Assembly: GCA_965222375.1 (NCBI GenBank)
Contig: CBDCTZ010000005.1
Span: 32,001-96,000 of the forward strand
DNA length: 64,000 nucleotides
Direction: 5' to 3'
Source: Polyangiaceae bacterium
GTDB taxonomy: Bacteria; Myxococcota_A; Polyangia; Polyangiales; Polyangiaceae
Positions 19,767-28,498 of this stretch are shown here, in pieces. Positions within the stretch are counted from its first letter, which is position 1; each line of letters begins with the position of its first letter. Both the position numbers and the translations under genes were made by a program. Below the pieces are notes generated by a model. The model searched no databases. It saw only the letters and a list, made by a program, of their open reading frames with translations, and was not told where the DNA came from.

Positions 19767-21461
19767 TCAGTTTGGCGCGTCAGCCAGTTTCTGAACGCTG
19801 AGTGCAGTGGCGCCGGCAACCTTGAGTGCGTTGCTCGGTGGCAGCACGGAAAGCTCGCTCACGCGCACTCGCAAGAATCCGCCATGGCCGTGGCTGTGGG
19901 GGGTCCAGAAGCCCGTCACGCTGCCCGTGGCTTTTCCAGACGAGTCCAGCACTTGCACCGTCTTCTTCTCCCCGCCCTGGGGGTGCTTCATCTGCATCTG
20001 GTAGCCCCAGGCGGTACTTCCGTCCTCTCCCACGATCAGCGTCCGGAAGGTTCCCGGTGCGCGCTCCGGATCCGTGACCTTGAAGCTGGCCGTGGAGTTC
20101 ACGTACGCGAGGCGGGTGAACCACTTCTGGTAGTTGTAGTCGCTGACCCACTCGTTTTGGCAGTAGCCCATGATGTCGGTGTACTGGGCCGGGTTGATCA
20201 GCTTCTTGCTAACGATGTCGTAGCCCCAGACCCCGATCTTGCCACCCGGGTAGGGGTAGTTCGGATCAACTCCAAAGATGTTGCCGAACTGAGTGCACGG
20301 CGCATGACCCAAGCCGTGGGCATGACCGACTTCGTGCGCCATCGTGTGTTGGGGGTTGTTCTGCCCCTGTTGAAAGAAGCCGAGGCCAATCGACGTGCGG
20401 CCAGACACGTCATTGGGCGATGGCTGGTTGCTCAACCCGGCAATGCAACCACCGCCACAGAACTGCTGCGACGACGAAGCCGGAGTGAGCATGCCGAAGT
20501 AGTACGTATTCTTGGGCGGGTTGTCGCTGCTACGCACGGACTCCACGAAGTTCAAGAGTGCCGACCAACCGCTGGTGCTGGTGGGCGAAACGCCACCGGA
20601 ATAGTTCACTGGCTGGCGGACTGTGATCTTCACTTCCGGGATTGGGTAGAGCTGCAACATTCGGTCGTGCAGGATTTGGACTTGCCCCGGAGAGGTGCCG
20701 GGGGTGAAGCCGTTCACGACCACGGGCACGAGGGTGATGTTCAAGGCGGGGCCCGTGCTCTGAGCACCCAAGGCAGCCTGGCCGGTAGCGGGAAAACGCG
20801 CGCCGTCTTCCGCGCCAGCCGGGCCTCCCGGGGCGGCTTCGAGTAAGCTGACCGAATAGGTCGACCCCACGGCGAGCTGCGCGCCGGGTACTTGGAGGTT
20901 CAAGGTAGAGCCGAGGTTGCTGTCGTCGGATGCGCCATTGATCGGCTGCTTCACTTCGATGGGTGGACCGGCCCCGGGGCCCTCCAGCGTGAGCCGCGCG
21001 ACGATCTCTCGAGGTACGAAGCCTGCGTCCGGCGACACAGAAACGCGAATCAACGCATCGCGACCTGCGACAATTTGTGCGTTGCGATTGGTCACCTCAG
21101 CGCCGTTGTCCATGATCGGGATCTTCACGGCCTGGTACACCGACACCTGCGTGATCCTGATACCCGCAGCCAAGTCGTCCGTGCCGATGGAGCCGCCGGT
21201 GCCTGCCCCGCCGGTGCCCGTGCCTGCCCCCACGCCGCCACCGCCACCGCCGGACAGTCCGCAGACAGTGGGGCAGTTCTGAGTGTCTCCCGTATTGCAG
21301 ATACACTTCGAGAGACAATCCAAACAGCCACCACACTCGGGTGCGGTGGTGCACCCCGGTTGCCCCAAGTTGCCGCCTGCTCCTGGTGATCCGGATGACC
21401 CTCCGGAACTGCAACCCATCGCAACGGCGAAGGAGAACATGGCGACTGTACTGCGATACAT
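19767..21461 (-). CDS. Lipoprotein zinc metalloprotease (peptidase M66-like)
   Basis: Lipobox AMGC, Gly linker, AHEVGHAHGLGHAPC, WGYD, DIMGYC (Met-turn). Confidence 0.85.
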   Translation of the reverse strand: MYRSTVAMFSFAVAMGCSSGGSSGSPGAGGNLGQPGCTTAPECGGCLDCLSKCICNTGDTQNCPTVCGLSGGGGGGVGAGTGTGGAGTGGSIGTDDLAAGIRITQVSVYQAVKIPIMDNGAEVTNRNAQIVAGRDALIRVSVSPDAGFVPREIVARLTLEGPGAGPPIEVKQPINGASDDSNLGSTLNLQVPGAQLAVGSTYSVSLLEAAPGGPAGAEDGARFPATGQAALGAQSTGPALNITLVPVVVNGFTPGTSPGQVQILHDRMLQLYPIPEVKITVRQPVNYSGGVSPTSTSGWSALLNFVESVRSSDNPPKNTYYFGMLTPASSSQQFCGGGCIAGLSNQPSPNDVSGRTSIGLGFFQQGQNNPQHTMAHEVGHAHGLGHAPCTQFGNIFGVDPNYPYPGGKIGVWGYDIVSKKLINPAQYTDIMGYCQNEWVSDYNYQKWFTRLAYVNSTASFKVTDPERAPGTFRTLIVGEDGSTAWGYQMQMKHPQGGEKKTVQVLDSSGKATGSVTGFWTPHSHGHGGFLRVRVSELSVLPPSNALKVAGATALSVQKLADAPN

Positions 21462-21604
21462 GGACGACTCCCGTTGGCTCGGCCCCAGCTCAGAGCGCGG
21501 CGGCGATATTCTGTGCCGAGATCGCCGTTTCGTCAGCCCAAACTACGAACAAATTCGAGAAAAAGTTTCAAAAACCGTCTCCGCTGGGGCCCCCAAAACC
21601 CCGT

Positions 21605-22942
21605 CTAATAGCGAAATCCACCGGCTTCCAGAACCTGCGCGAGGCCGCTTTCGCGGTCCAGGCCGCGCCAATACCGGCGCAACAGTGGGGGCAGACGGCC
21701 GGGGCCCGTGAGGCGATCATCCCACCGGGACCTGAACTCTCGGGCCTCGCTCGCCCCCTGTCGGCACACGGCCTGGCGCTCTGCGGAGCTGTGGGCGCTG
21801 CGCGCGCGTTGCACGAGACGCCGCTCGATAGCGTCCCGCTCCTCGGAGAGGCGCACGAGATTGGCGTCGAGTTGGCGCAGGCCGCGACGGTGGAGCCGCT
21901 CGTGAGCCCACCAACTACAGCGCGGGTCGTAGCGCTCGCTAGGAGCTGGAGATGCGTCCGCGTCCTCCACATCGACCCAGATCGGGCGAAACAGGCTCAA
22001 ACAAGGAGCCGATGTTCCGGTCACGTACGCCACGGGCCGGTCGGTCAAATCCGCGACCATGGATCCGGTGGTCTGCGACGCGGCCCGGGTCGGCCATGGC
22101 GCCGCGTGGCCGCACACGGTAGCGCGCACGGCCGTGCCGACGCGGCCCGGGCGATCCGGGACGCCGTGTTGGCGCAAGACGCGAAGAACAGCCTCTACAT
22201 CGATGGATCCGTGTTGGGAGCGCAGCTGCTCTTCGACGCAGCCACGGCGCGTTGGCGCGTTGGCCGCGTAGCCCATCCATGCCTTTCCAAAGGTGGCCGC
22301 GAAGTCGACTTTGCCGCACCCAGGTGCGAGGCCCCAATCTCGGGCAGTCGTCGCTAGGCCGTCTGCGGCGATATCCCAGTCGTCCCTCAGACTCAGCGCG
22401 TTCGAAATCGCACGTACGCCGCGGACGCGCTTTGCTGCCCAGAGGCGACCTGCCGTTTCTAAGACCCAGGCCGTTTCCGTGTCCGCAACGATGAAGCTGG
22501 AGTCGTAGCGGAAGCTTTTGTCGCGATGACCCGCGGGCCCGCCCTGACCGTGTTCGGAGAGCAGAGCTGTCATGATGTCGACCGCCTGGTCGGCACTGCT
22601 GGAGCGCTCGAGTCCTAGCCGAACGAGGTCCATTCCAAGCAGGCCCCGCGCCTGGAGTGGCGCTCGAGTGAACACCGCTTCGTTGCCTATCGCGACGCCG
22701 TGTTCGTTCAGCCCCATTTCCGCGCCCCACATCCAGTAGGGGCGCGAAAGCAGCACACGGTGAGTTTGGCTCACCTGGGGCACGCCCGCATAGGTCGCGA
22801 ACAGTCGGCTGCCCTCGGGCCAGGAGCGGGCCGGCACCAACTCCAGGAGTTGCGCTTCGCTCGGCTCACGGTCGCTATTTTTGGCGAAGATGGCGCGGCC
22901 CTTCACCGCCGACTCGGCAGTAATCACCAGGGTGTCGCACAT
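21605..22942 (-). CDS. Secernin/peptidase C69-family Ntn hydrolase
   Basis: MCDT N-terminus (Cys2 nucleophile), FAKNSDREP, WMWGAEMGLNEHGVAIGNEAV, GMDLVRLGLER. Confidence 0.9.
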   Translation of the reverse strand: MCDTLVITAESAVKGRAIFAKNSDREPSEAQLLELVPARSWPEGSRLFATYAGVPQVSQTHRVLLSRPYWMWGAEMGLNEHGVAIGNEAVFTRAPLQARGLLGMDLVRLGLERSSSADQAVDIMTALLSEHGQGGPAGHRDKSFRYDSSFIVADTETAWVLETAGRLWAAKRVRGVRAISNALSLRDDWDIAADGLATTARDWGLAPGCGKVDFAATFGKAWMGYAANAPTRRGCVEEQLRSQHGSIDVEAVLRVLRQHGVPDRPGRVGTAVRATVCGHAAPWPTRAASQTTGSMVADLTDRPVAYVTGTSAPCLSLFRPIWVDVEDADASPAPSERYDPRCSWWAHERLHRRGLRQLDANLVRLSEERDAIERRLVQRARSAHSSAERQAVCRQGASEAREFRSRWDDRLTGPGRLPPLLRRYWRGLDRESGLAQVLEAGGFRY

Positions 22943-22957
22943 TCGGCCCGCCCTTTC

Positions 22958-22985
22958 TTGACAATTCCGATGCGTAAATTAGATC
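22958..22985 (+). promoter_or_regulatory. Sigma70-like promoter of the Rrf2-cys operon
   Basis: TTGACA at 22958-22963, TAGATC 16 nt later, 7 nt before GTG 22993. Confidence 0.45.
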
Positions 22986-22992
22986 GATCCTC

Positions 22993-23451
22993 GTGAAGCT
23001 CTCGAATAAGGGTCGCTACGCCATCCGCGCGCTGTTCGATATCGCCTACTGCAACGACGGCAAGCCGACGCAGGTCAAGGACATCGCGCAGCGGCAGGGG
23101 ATCCCGCCGCGTTTTCTCGAGCAGATTTTTCAAGATCTGAAACGCGCCGCCATCGTTGGATCCAAACGGGGACCTCAAGGAGGATACAGCCTGGCGCGGG
23201 CCGCCGCAGAAATTCGCTTGGGCGACGTCGTGCGTGCCCTGGAAGGGCCCATCGCATTGGGGGAAAAGGAGGCGGGCCGTAAGACGCGGACGCCCCTGGA
23301 CGCGCGCCGGGTCACCGATACCGTGCTGCGCGATCTTTCGGCCCGGATCGAGGCGTGCTTCGATGCCGTCACCCTGCAAGACATCTGCGGCCGCGCCGAC
23401 GAACTGGGCATGCGCCGCCCCCGCAGCCAGCGCTACGTGTACGTGATCTAG
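22993..23451 (+). CDS. Rrf2-family transcriptional regulator (CymR-like)
   Basis: KGRYAIRAL, FLEQIFQDLKRA, SKRGPQGGYSLAR, VRALEGP; no IscR Cys triad; ends YVYVI. Confidence 0.9.
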   Translation: MKLSNKGRYAIRALFDIAYCNDGKPTQVKDIAQRQGIPPRFLEQIFQDLKRAAIVGSKRGPQGGYSLARAAAEIRLGDVVRALEGPIALGEKEAGRKTRTPLDARRVTDTVLRDLSARIEACFDAVTLQDICGRADELGMRRPRSQRYVYVI

Positions 23452-23455
23452 CGAG

Positions 23456-24433
23456 ATGAGTTCCGAACCCAAGTCCGTCTCTGCGTTGCCTCCGTTGCCC
23501 GCTCATCCGCGGGTCTACAGCAGCGTCATCGACCTGATCGGCAATACTGCATTGGTCGAACTCGGCCGACTGGACGCATCCCCTGCCCGCGCCCGGGTTT
23601 GGGGCAAGCTCGAAAGCATGAACCCTGGCGGTTCCGTCAAAGACCGGATCTGTCTGTCGATGATCGAGCGAGCAGAGCGAGAGGGCCTGCTGGGGCCCGG
23701 TGGCGTGGTGGTCGAGCCCACGAGTGGCAACACCGGCATTGGCCTGGCGCTCGTCTGCGCACAGCGCGGCTACCGTTGCATTCTCACCCTGCCCGAAAGC
23801 ATGAGCCTGGAGCGCAGACAACTGCTGGAGTCGTTCGGCGCGGAAGTCGTGCTCACCCCGGAGCAGGGTCAGATGCAAGGTGCCATCGAGCGGGCCGAAG
23901 AGATCGTGAAGAGCACGCCAGGTGCCTTCATGCCCCAGCAATTCGAAAACACCGCCAATCCGCAGGTGCACGCGGAGTCGACGGCGGAGGAACTGTTGGG
24001 GGCATTTGAGGGCGAACCCCTGGGAGCGTTCGTCGCCGCCGTCGGCACCGGCGGCACCGTGAGCGGCGTCGGGCACGTGCTGCGACAGCGGCAGCCGGAG
24101 TGTCGCGTGGTGGCGGTGGAGCCGGACGCTTGCGCAACGATTAGCCGTGGCGAGCGGGGACCGACCAAGATCCAGGGTCTTGCCGCGGGGTTCGTACCCA
24201 GAAACTACGATCCCGAGGCACCCCACGAAGTTCGCACCGTGACGGACGATCTCGCGTATCAAACCAAGCAGCGGTTGGCGAAGGAAGAGGGGATCCTGGT
24301 GGGCATCAGCTCTGGGGCAAATGTGGCGATCGCCCTGCAAATCGCCCGGGAACTCGGCCCCGACAACAATGTGGTTACGGTTCTTTGTGACACCGGTGAG
24401 CGCTACTTCAGCCTCGATGAGTACTTCAGCTAA
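23456..24433 (+). CDS. cysK: Cysteine synthase A
   Basis: NPGGSVKDR (PLP Lys), EPTSGNTG, QQFEN, GTGGT, KIQG, DTGERY. Confidence 0.92.
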   Translation: MSSEPKSVSALPPLPAHPRVYSSVIDLIGNTALVELGRLDASPARARVWGKLESMNPGGSVKDRICLSMIERAEREGLLGPGGVVVEPTSGNTGIGLALVCAQRGYRCILTLPESMSLERRQLLESFGAEVVLTPEQGQMQGAIERAEEIVKSTPGAFMPQQFENTANPQVHAESTAEELLGAFEGEPLGAFVAAVGTGGTVSGVGHVLRQRQPECRVVAVEPDACATISRGERGPTKIQGLAAGFVPRNYDPEAPHEVRTVTDDLAYQTKQRLAKEEGILVGISSGANVAIALQIARELGPDNNVVTVLCDTGERYFSLDEYFS

Positions 24434-25157
24434 GAGCCTGTCGGCGCAGAGTGCGCTCGTTATCGGCGTGGGTGGCTTGGGCTGCCCCGCGGTGCTTGCG
24501 CTCGCGCGCGCAGGGGTGGGCCGCCTAGTGCTCGTGGACGACGATGAGGTCGATCTCTCGAACCTGCATCGCCAGATACTCTTTCGCGAAGGGGACATTG
24601 GCCGCCACAAGCTGGACGCCGCGGCCGACGCCCTGCGCCGCGAGGGCTACGCGGGAGAGTTGGTGCTCGAGCACACTCGCTTTCTTCCCGAAAACGCCCT
24701 GGAGCTGGCGGGTCGCGCGAAGATATTGATCGAAGGTGCCGACAACTTCGCGACCAAATTCCTGGCCTGCGATGCCGCCCATTTGGCCGGCCGCCCCATC
24801 GTGCACGGCGCCGCCGTGCGCTGGAACGCCACTGCCTGGTGCGTCTCGCGCGACGGCGGCCCCTGCTACCGCTGCCTATTCGAGGACGTGCCGACTGGAG
24901 CGGCCGCGCCAAACTGCGCTGAGGCCGGCGTCATGGCACCCGTCGCGGGGCTAGCCGGCGCGCTGATCGCGGATTTGGCTCTCAGCTTCTTGTCGGGCAC
25001 GACAACGGGCCATCCGCTGTGGGCTTACGAAGGCAAGCGCGATGCACTACGCCAGGTCGAAGTGGGCCGTCGCCCAGATTGCCCGCTTTGTGGCGACAGC
25101 CCGACCATTTCCGAGATTGTCGAGGCGCGCTATGTCAGCGGCCTCTGCGCAGCATAG
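24417..25157 (+). CDS. MoeB/ThiF-family E1-like adenylyltransferase, lacking the N-terminal RYxRQ segment and any rhodanese domain
   Basis: GVGGLG, VDDD, SNLHRQ, GADNF, CYRC, NCAEAGV, CPLC. Confidence 0.9.
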   Translation: MSTSAKSLSAQSALVIGVGGLGCPAVLALARAGVGRLVLVDDDEVDLSNLHRQILFREGDIGRHKLDAAADALRREGYAGELVLEHTRFLPENALELAGRAKILIEGADNFATKFLACDAAHLAGRPIVHGAAVRWNATAWCVSRDGGPCYRCLFEDVPTGAAAPNCAEAGVMAPVAGLAGALIADLALSFLSGTTTGHPLWAYEGKRDALRQVEVGRRPDCPLCGDSPTISEIVEARYVSGLCAA

Positions 25158-25175
25158 ACAAGGAGACTCGCTATC

Positions 25176-25448
25176 ATGGCCGTTACCGTTCGTATTCCGA
25201 CTCCCCTCCGCACTCTCACCGGCGGTGAGGAGGCCGTTCAGGCCGAGGGCGATACCGTGGCGCAAGTGATTGAAGACATGGAGGCCAAGCATCCGGGCAT
25301 TCGCAATCGTCTGCTCGATGACAAAGGCGTTCGCCGTTTTGTGAATCTCTACGTGGGCGAGGAAGACATCCGCTTCCTGGATGGCCTAGAGACCAAGCTC
25401 AGCTCGGGGCAGGAAATCAGCATCGTGCCCGCGATCGCCGGGGGCTGA
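25176..25448 (+). CDS. Ubiquitin-like sulfur carrier (MoaD/ThiS/CysO family)
   Basis: VRIPTPLR...RRFVNLYV.EEDIRFLDGLET...IVPAIAGG*; AAGGAG RBS. Confidence 0.92.
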   Translation: MAVTVRIPTPLRTLTGGEEAVQAEGDTVAQVIEDMEAKHPGIRNRLLDDKGVRRFVNLYVGEEDIRFLDGLETKLSSGQEISIVPAIAGG

Positions 25449-25461
25449 CGCGGCCTGCGCG

Positions 25462-25755
25462 ATGACATCTCTCGCCGACTTCGAGCGCTACAGCCGCCAA
25501 ACCCGCCTGGCAGAGGTGGGAGCGGAGGGCCAAGCTCGCATCGGAGCCACCACGCTCTGCGTACCCGGTGGTGCTGAGGTCGAGCGGCTCTACCTAGAGC
25601 GCGCCGGGGTCGGACAAATCCTCACGAGCGACGCAGCAGAGCCAGTTGAGTTCCGCCACGCCTCCGCGTTTCGGCACCCCGCCGCCGCGAGTCTTGGCGT
25701 GCAAGCCTGGCGCGCACTGGATGCGCTGCGCGGTGTGCTCGGGGTTGGGCGATGA
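25462..25755 (+). CDS. Small degenerate ThiF/MoeB-like protein carrying the RYSRQ motif
   Basis: ERYSRQTRLAEVGAEGQARI...YLERAGVG; no GxGxxG loop, SNLxRQ or CxxC; ATGA overlap with the next gene. Confidence 0.75.
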   Translation: MTSLADFERYSRQTRLAEVGAEGQARIGATTLCVPGGAEVERLYLERAGVGQILTSDAAEPVEFRHASAFRHPAAASLGVQAWRALDALRGVLGVGR

Positions 25756-26702
25756 GTCCGCGAGTTCGGGCCTCCCGCCGCCTCGGCGGTATCGTCGAGG
25801 CAATCGGCAACACACCCCTGCTGCGCTTGGAACGCGTCGCCCGCTCGGCGCCGAGCGTGGAGGTTTACGTCAAGCTCGAGTTCGCCAACCCTGGCGGCTC
25901 GGTGAAAGATCGCCCGGCGCTGCGCATCATGCAGGACGCAATCGCTGACGGACGACTGACCACCGACAAAGTGCTGGTCGACGCCACGAGCGGCAACACC
26001 GGTGTTGCCTACTCCATGGTCGGCGCGGCCCTCGGCTACCCGGTGCAGCTGGTCATGCCCAAGAACGTCACCAAGGCCCGCAAAGACATCACTCAGGTCT
26101 ACGGGGCGGAGCTGATCTACAGCGACCCCATGGAGGGTTCCGATGGCGCGATCCGATACGTACACGAACTGGTGAAGAAGCACCCGGAGCGCTACTTCTA
26201 CGCGGATCAGTACAGCAATCCGTCCAACCCGCTGGCCCACTACGACGGGACCGGTGTGGAGATTCTGGAGGTCTTGGGCGACCGGCTGACGACCTTCGTC
26301 GCCGGGCTGGGAACCAGTGGCACGTGCATGGGTACGACCCGACGCCTGCATGAACATAGTCGCCCGGTGCATTGCGTCGCTGTTCAGCCCGAGGAAGCCT
26401 TGCACGGTCTCGAAGGACTCAAGCATATGGCCAGCAGTCTCGTACCGGACATCTACGATGCTTCGTTGCCGGATGAGCACATGGCCGTCGGGACGGAGGA
26501 CGGCTGGGACATGGCCGATCGCGTCGCCGCAGAAGAAGGCTTGCACGTGGGCCACTCCTCCGGCGCGAACATCTTTGCTGCCATCAAGCTCGCGGAGCGC
26601 CTACACCGAGAGCAAGGCGGTGGCTGCGTGGTCACGATCGCTTGTGACCGCGGTGACCGCTACTTCGCACCAATGAAATGGGAGCGAAAGTACCGATGGT
26701 AG
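25752..26702 (+). CDS. cysM: Second PLP-dependent cysteine synthase (CysM-like)
   Basis: NPGGSVKDR, DATSGNTG, DQYSNPSN, GLGTSGT, HGLEGLKHM, DRGDRY. Confidence 0.8.
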   Translation: MSPRVRASRRLGGIVEAIGNTPLLRLERVARSAPSVEVYVKLEFANPGGSVKDRPALRIMQDAIADGRLTTDKVLVDATSGNTGVAYSMVGAALGYPVQLVMPKNVTKARKDITQVYGAELIYSDPMEGSDGAIRYVHELVKKHPERYFYADQYSNPSNPLAHYDGTGVEILEVLGDRLTTFVAGLGTSGTCMGTTRRLHEHSRPVHCVAVQPEEALHGLEGLKHMASSLVPDIYDASLPDEHMAVGTEDGWDMADRVAAEEGLHVGHSSGANIFAAIKLAERLHREQGGGCVVTIACDRGDRYFAPMKWERKYRW

Positions 26703-27217
26703 ACGCCGAAAAGCCCGCCTGGCTCTCGGGGGGATTGAGAATCACCCGCGGCGCCCTCGACCGCATCGAAAGCGCCGCGGTTGCGGCCTATGAGCGCGAC
26801 GAAGAAGCCTGTGGCTATCTCAGCGGCCCCGGAGCGGACGCTCTGCTCGCCGATACCGCCGTGGAGTTGGAAAACCTCGCGAACAAGTACCATCAAGTGG
26901 ATCCCGAAGGCCATCCGCGCACGGGGCACGACTATTTCAAGATCAACGCTTTGAAGTTCGAACGTGCCCTCGATGCGGGTCGAGAGGCGGGCCAACCCGT
27001 CAAGGTGTTTTTCCACTCGCATTTGGATTGCGGCGCCTATTTCAGCGAAGAAGATGCGGCAAGCATGACCCTCGGTGGCACCGGAGAGCCCGCACACGAC
27101 TTGGCCTACCTGGTCACCGCCGTCGACGACGGCAAAATAACCGCCCACAAGCTATTCATTTGGCAGGCTGACTCGAAAACGTTCGTGGAAACGACCTTTT
27201 CGGAGGTGCCAGACTGA
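26696..27217 (+). CDS. JAB/MPN (M67, Mec-like) metallopeptidase
   Basis: EEACG...FHSHLDCGAYFSEED JAMM motif. Confidence 0.9.
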   Translation: MVDAEKPAWLSGGLRITRGALDRIESAAVAAYERDEEACGYLSGPGADALLADTAVELENLANKYHQVDPEGHPRTGHDYFKINALKFERALDAGREAGQPVKVFFHSHLDCGAYFSEEDAASMTLGGTGEPAHDLAYLVTAVDDGKITAHKLFIWQADSKTFVETTFSEVPD

Positions 27218-28497
27218 CGCGTGCCCTTGCCCTCGCGGCGCTGTCGTACCTGCTGCTGCACCCTCGAGCTGCGGTGGCGGATCTGGAACAGGACGTGGTC
27301 GCCTTGCGGAAGGCTTGGTCGCGCGAACCGGCAAAGGTCGAGCGCGCCAAAGCCCAGCTAGCCGAGCGGGGGCAGCTCACGCCCGTGCGACTTCGAGCTT
27401 CCGACTTTGATATCGCGTCGGATGGTTGCGTCACCATCGCCGTTCTTGGCGCGGTCAGTACACAGTTCGTGATGCGTTTCCTGCCGACTCGCCAAGGCCC
27501 GCAGTTCCCCGAGGGGGAACATCCCGAACAGAGCGCCGCGGGCGCAGCACAACTGGTTCGGTGTGGCTTGCGCAAAGCCATGCTTTCGCGGTTGGTCATC
27601 GAAATGCGCTCGCCTCGAGGCGTGCTGGAAGTCCTCACGGCCCGAGCCAATCGTCCCGTGGGCGCGCTGAGCAAGGTGCTTCCGTCACGGGAACCCGGGC
27701 CAAGCGCCCCCTTCGGTCGGGTAGGCCCCCGGCCCAACGCCGCGCCGGTGGCAACGCGGTCTAGGGGGTTTCAGCTACGGTCCGAGCGACGGGGAGCCCG
27801 GAACGTTCGGCGCTCCAGGATGCGGCTGGGCCGCGCCGGCGTTGGCGATGCGCGCGTGCATCTCGCCCCGGGTTGCCACGAATTCGGTGTCATGGCCGGC
27901 GACCCACTCCCGGGTGGCGTTCCGAGCGACGTGGACGCGGAGCTGTGGCGCATCCCCGGCAGCGGACTGATCGCAGCGGATCGGACCTCCGCGGCGGATG
28001 CGACCCTGACCGCCTGCCTCGGCCAACAAAGCACCGCTAGATTGCGGGTCCGCTCATCTCCGGGCGCATCCAAGACAACCGTCATGCACGCCCACTGGGC
28101 TTTGCCCGACGGGATCCGCGCCGCCTGGGGAGTCACCGCCCGAGGGCGAATGGCGGAGACGTTGGGTGTAAACGAACTGCGGCTTGCGGCGGCGCCGCCG
28201 GTGGATGAAGCCTTGCTGGTGAGCGGGGTGACACTGCTTCCTGTCCGAGTCAGTCCGGGGCGCTGCTATCTAGCCGCCGTCGCAGCCGTCCGTGGGCGCC
28301 CCATCGGGATCGCCATGGCTACGCGCACCGCGTCGGGGCGCGCACAGAACCAAAGCACGCCAGGAGCGAAGGGCACCACGCTGGCGTTCTGTGCGCGAAA
28401 TGACCGCCAACTCATCGAGGTCGAGGCTCGGGGCAATCGGACCTCGTTCCTATTTGCTTTGTGGGCGGCGGGCCGCGTCGTTCTTGGAGCCGACTGA
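27214..28497 (+). CDS. Hypothetical secreted protein
   Basis: Long ORF (track start GTG 27274); the open frame extends to CTG 27214 with GGAGG 7 nt upstream and adds a signal-like segment; repeated GC(Y/H/V) beta modules. Confidence 0.65.
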   Translation: MTRALALAALSYLLLHPRAAVADLEQDVVALRKAWSREPAKVERAKAQLAERGQLTPVRLRASDFDIASDGCVTIAVLGAVSTQFVMRFLPTRQGPQFPEGEHPEQSAAGAAQLVRCGLRKAMLSRLVIEMRSPRGVLEVLTARANRPVGALSKVLPSREPGPSAPFGRVGPRPNAAPVATRSRGFQLRSERRGARNVRRSRMRLGRAGVGDARVHLAPGCHEFGVMAGDPLPGGVPSDVDAELWRIPGSGLIAADRTSAADATLTACLGQQSTARLRVRSSPGASKTTVMHAHWALPDGIRAAWGVTARGRMAETLGVNELRLAAAPPVDEALLVSGVTLLPVRVSPGRCYLAAVAAVRGRPIGIAMATRTASGRAQNQSTPGAKGTTLAFCARNDRQLIEVEARGNRTSFLFALWAAGRVVLGAD

Positions 28498-28498
28498 A

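Noticed and set aside
24417..27217. E1-Ubl-JAB as an antiphage ubiquitin-like system (Bil/CBASS type)
   Set aside because: No E2 or cyclase. Embedded among cysteine synthases and an Rrf2.
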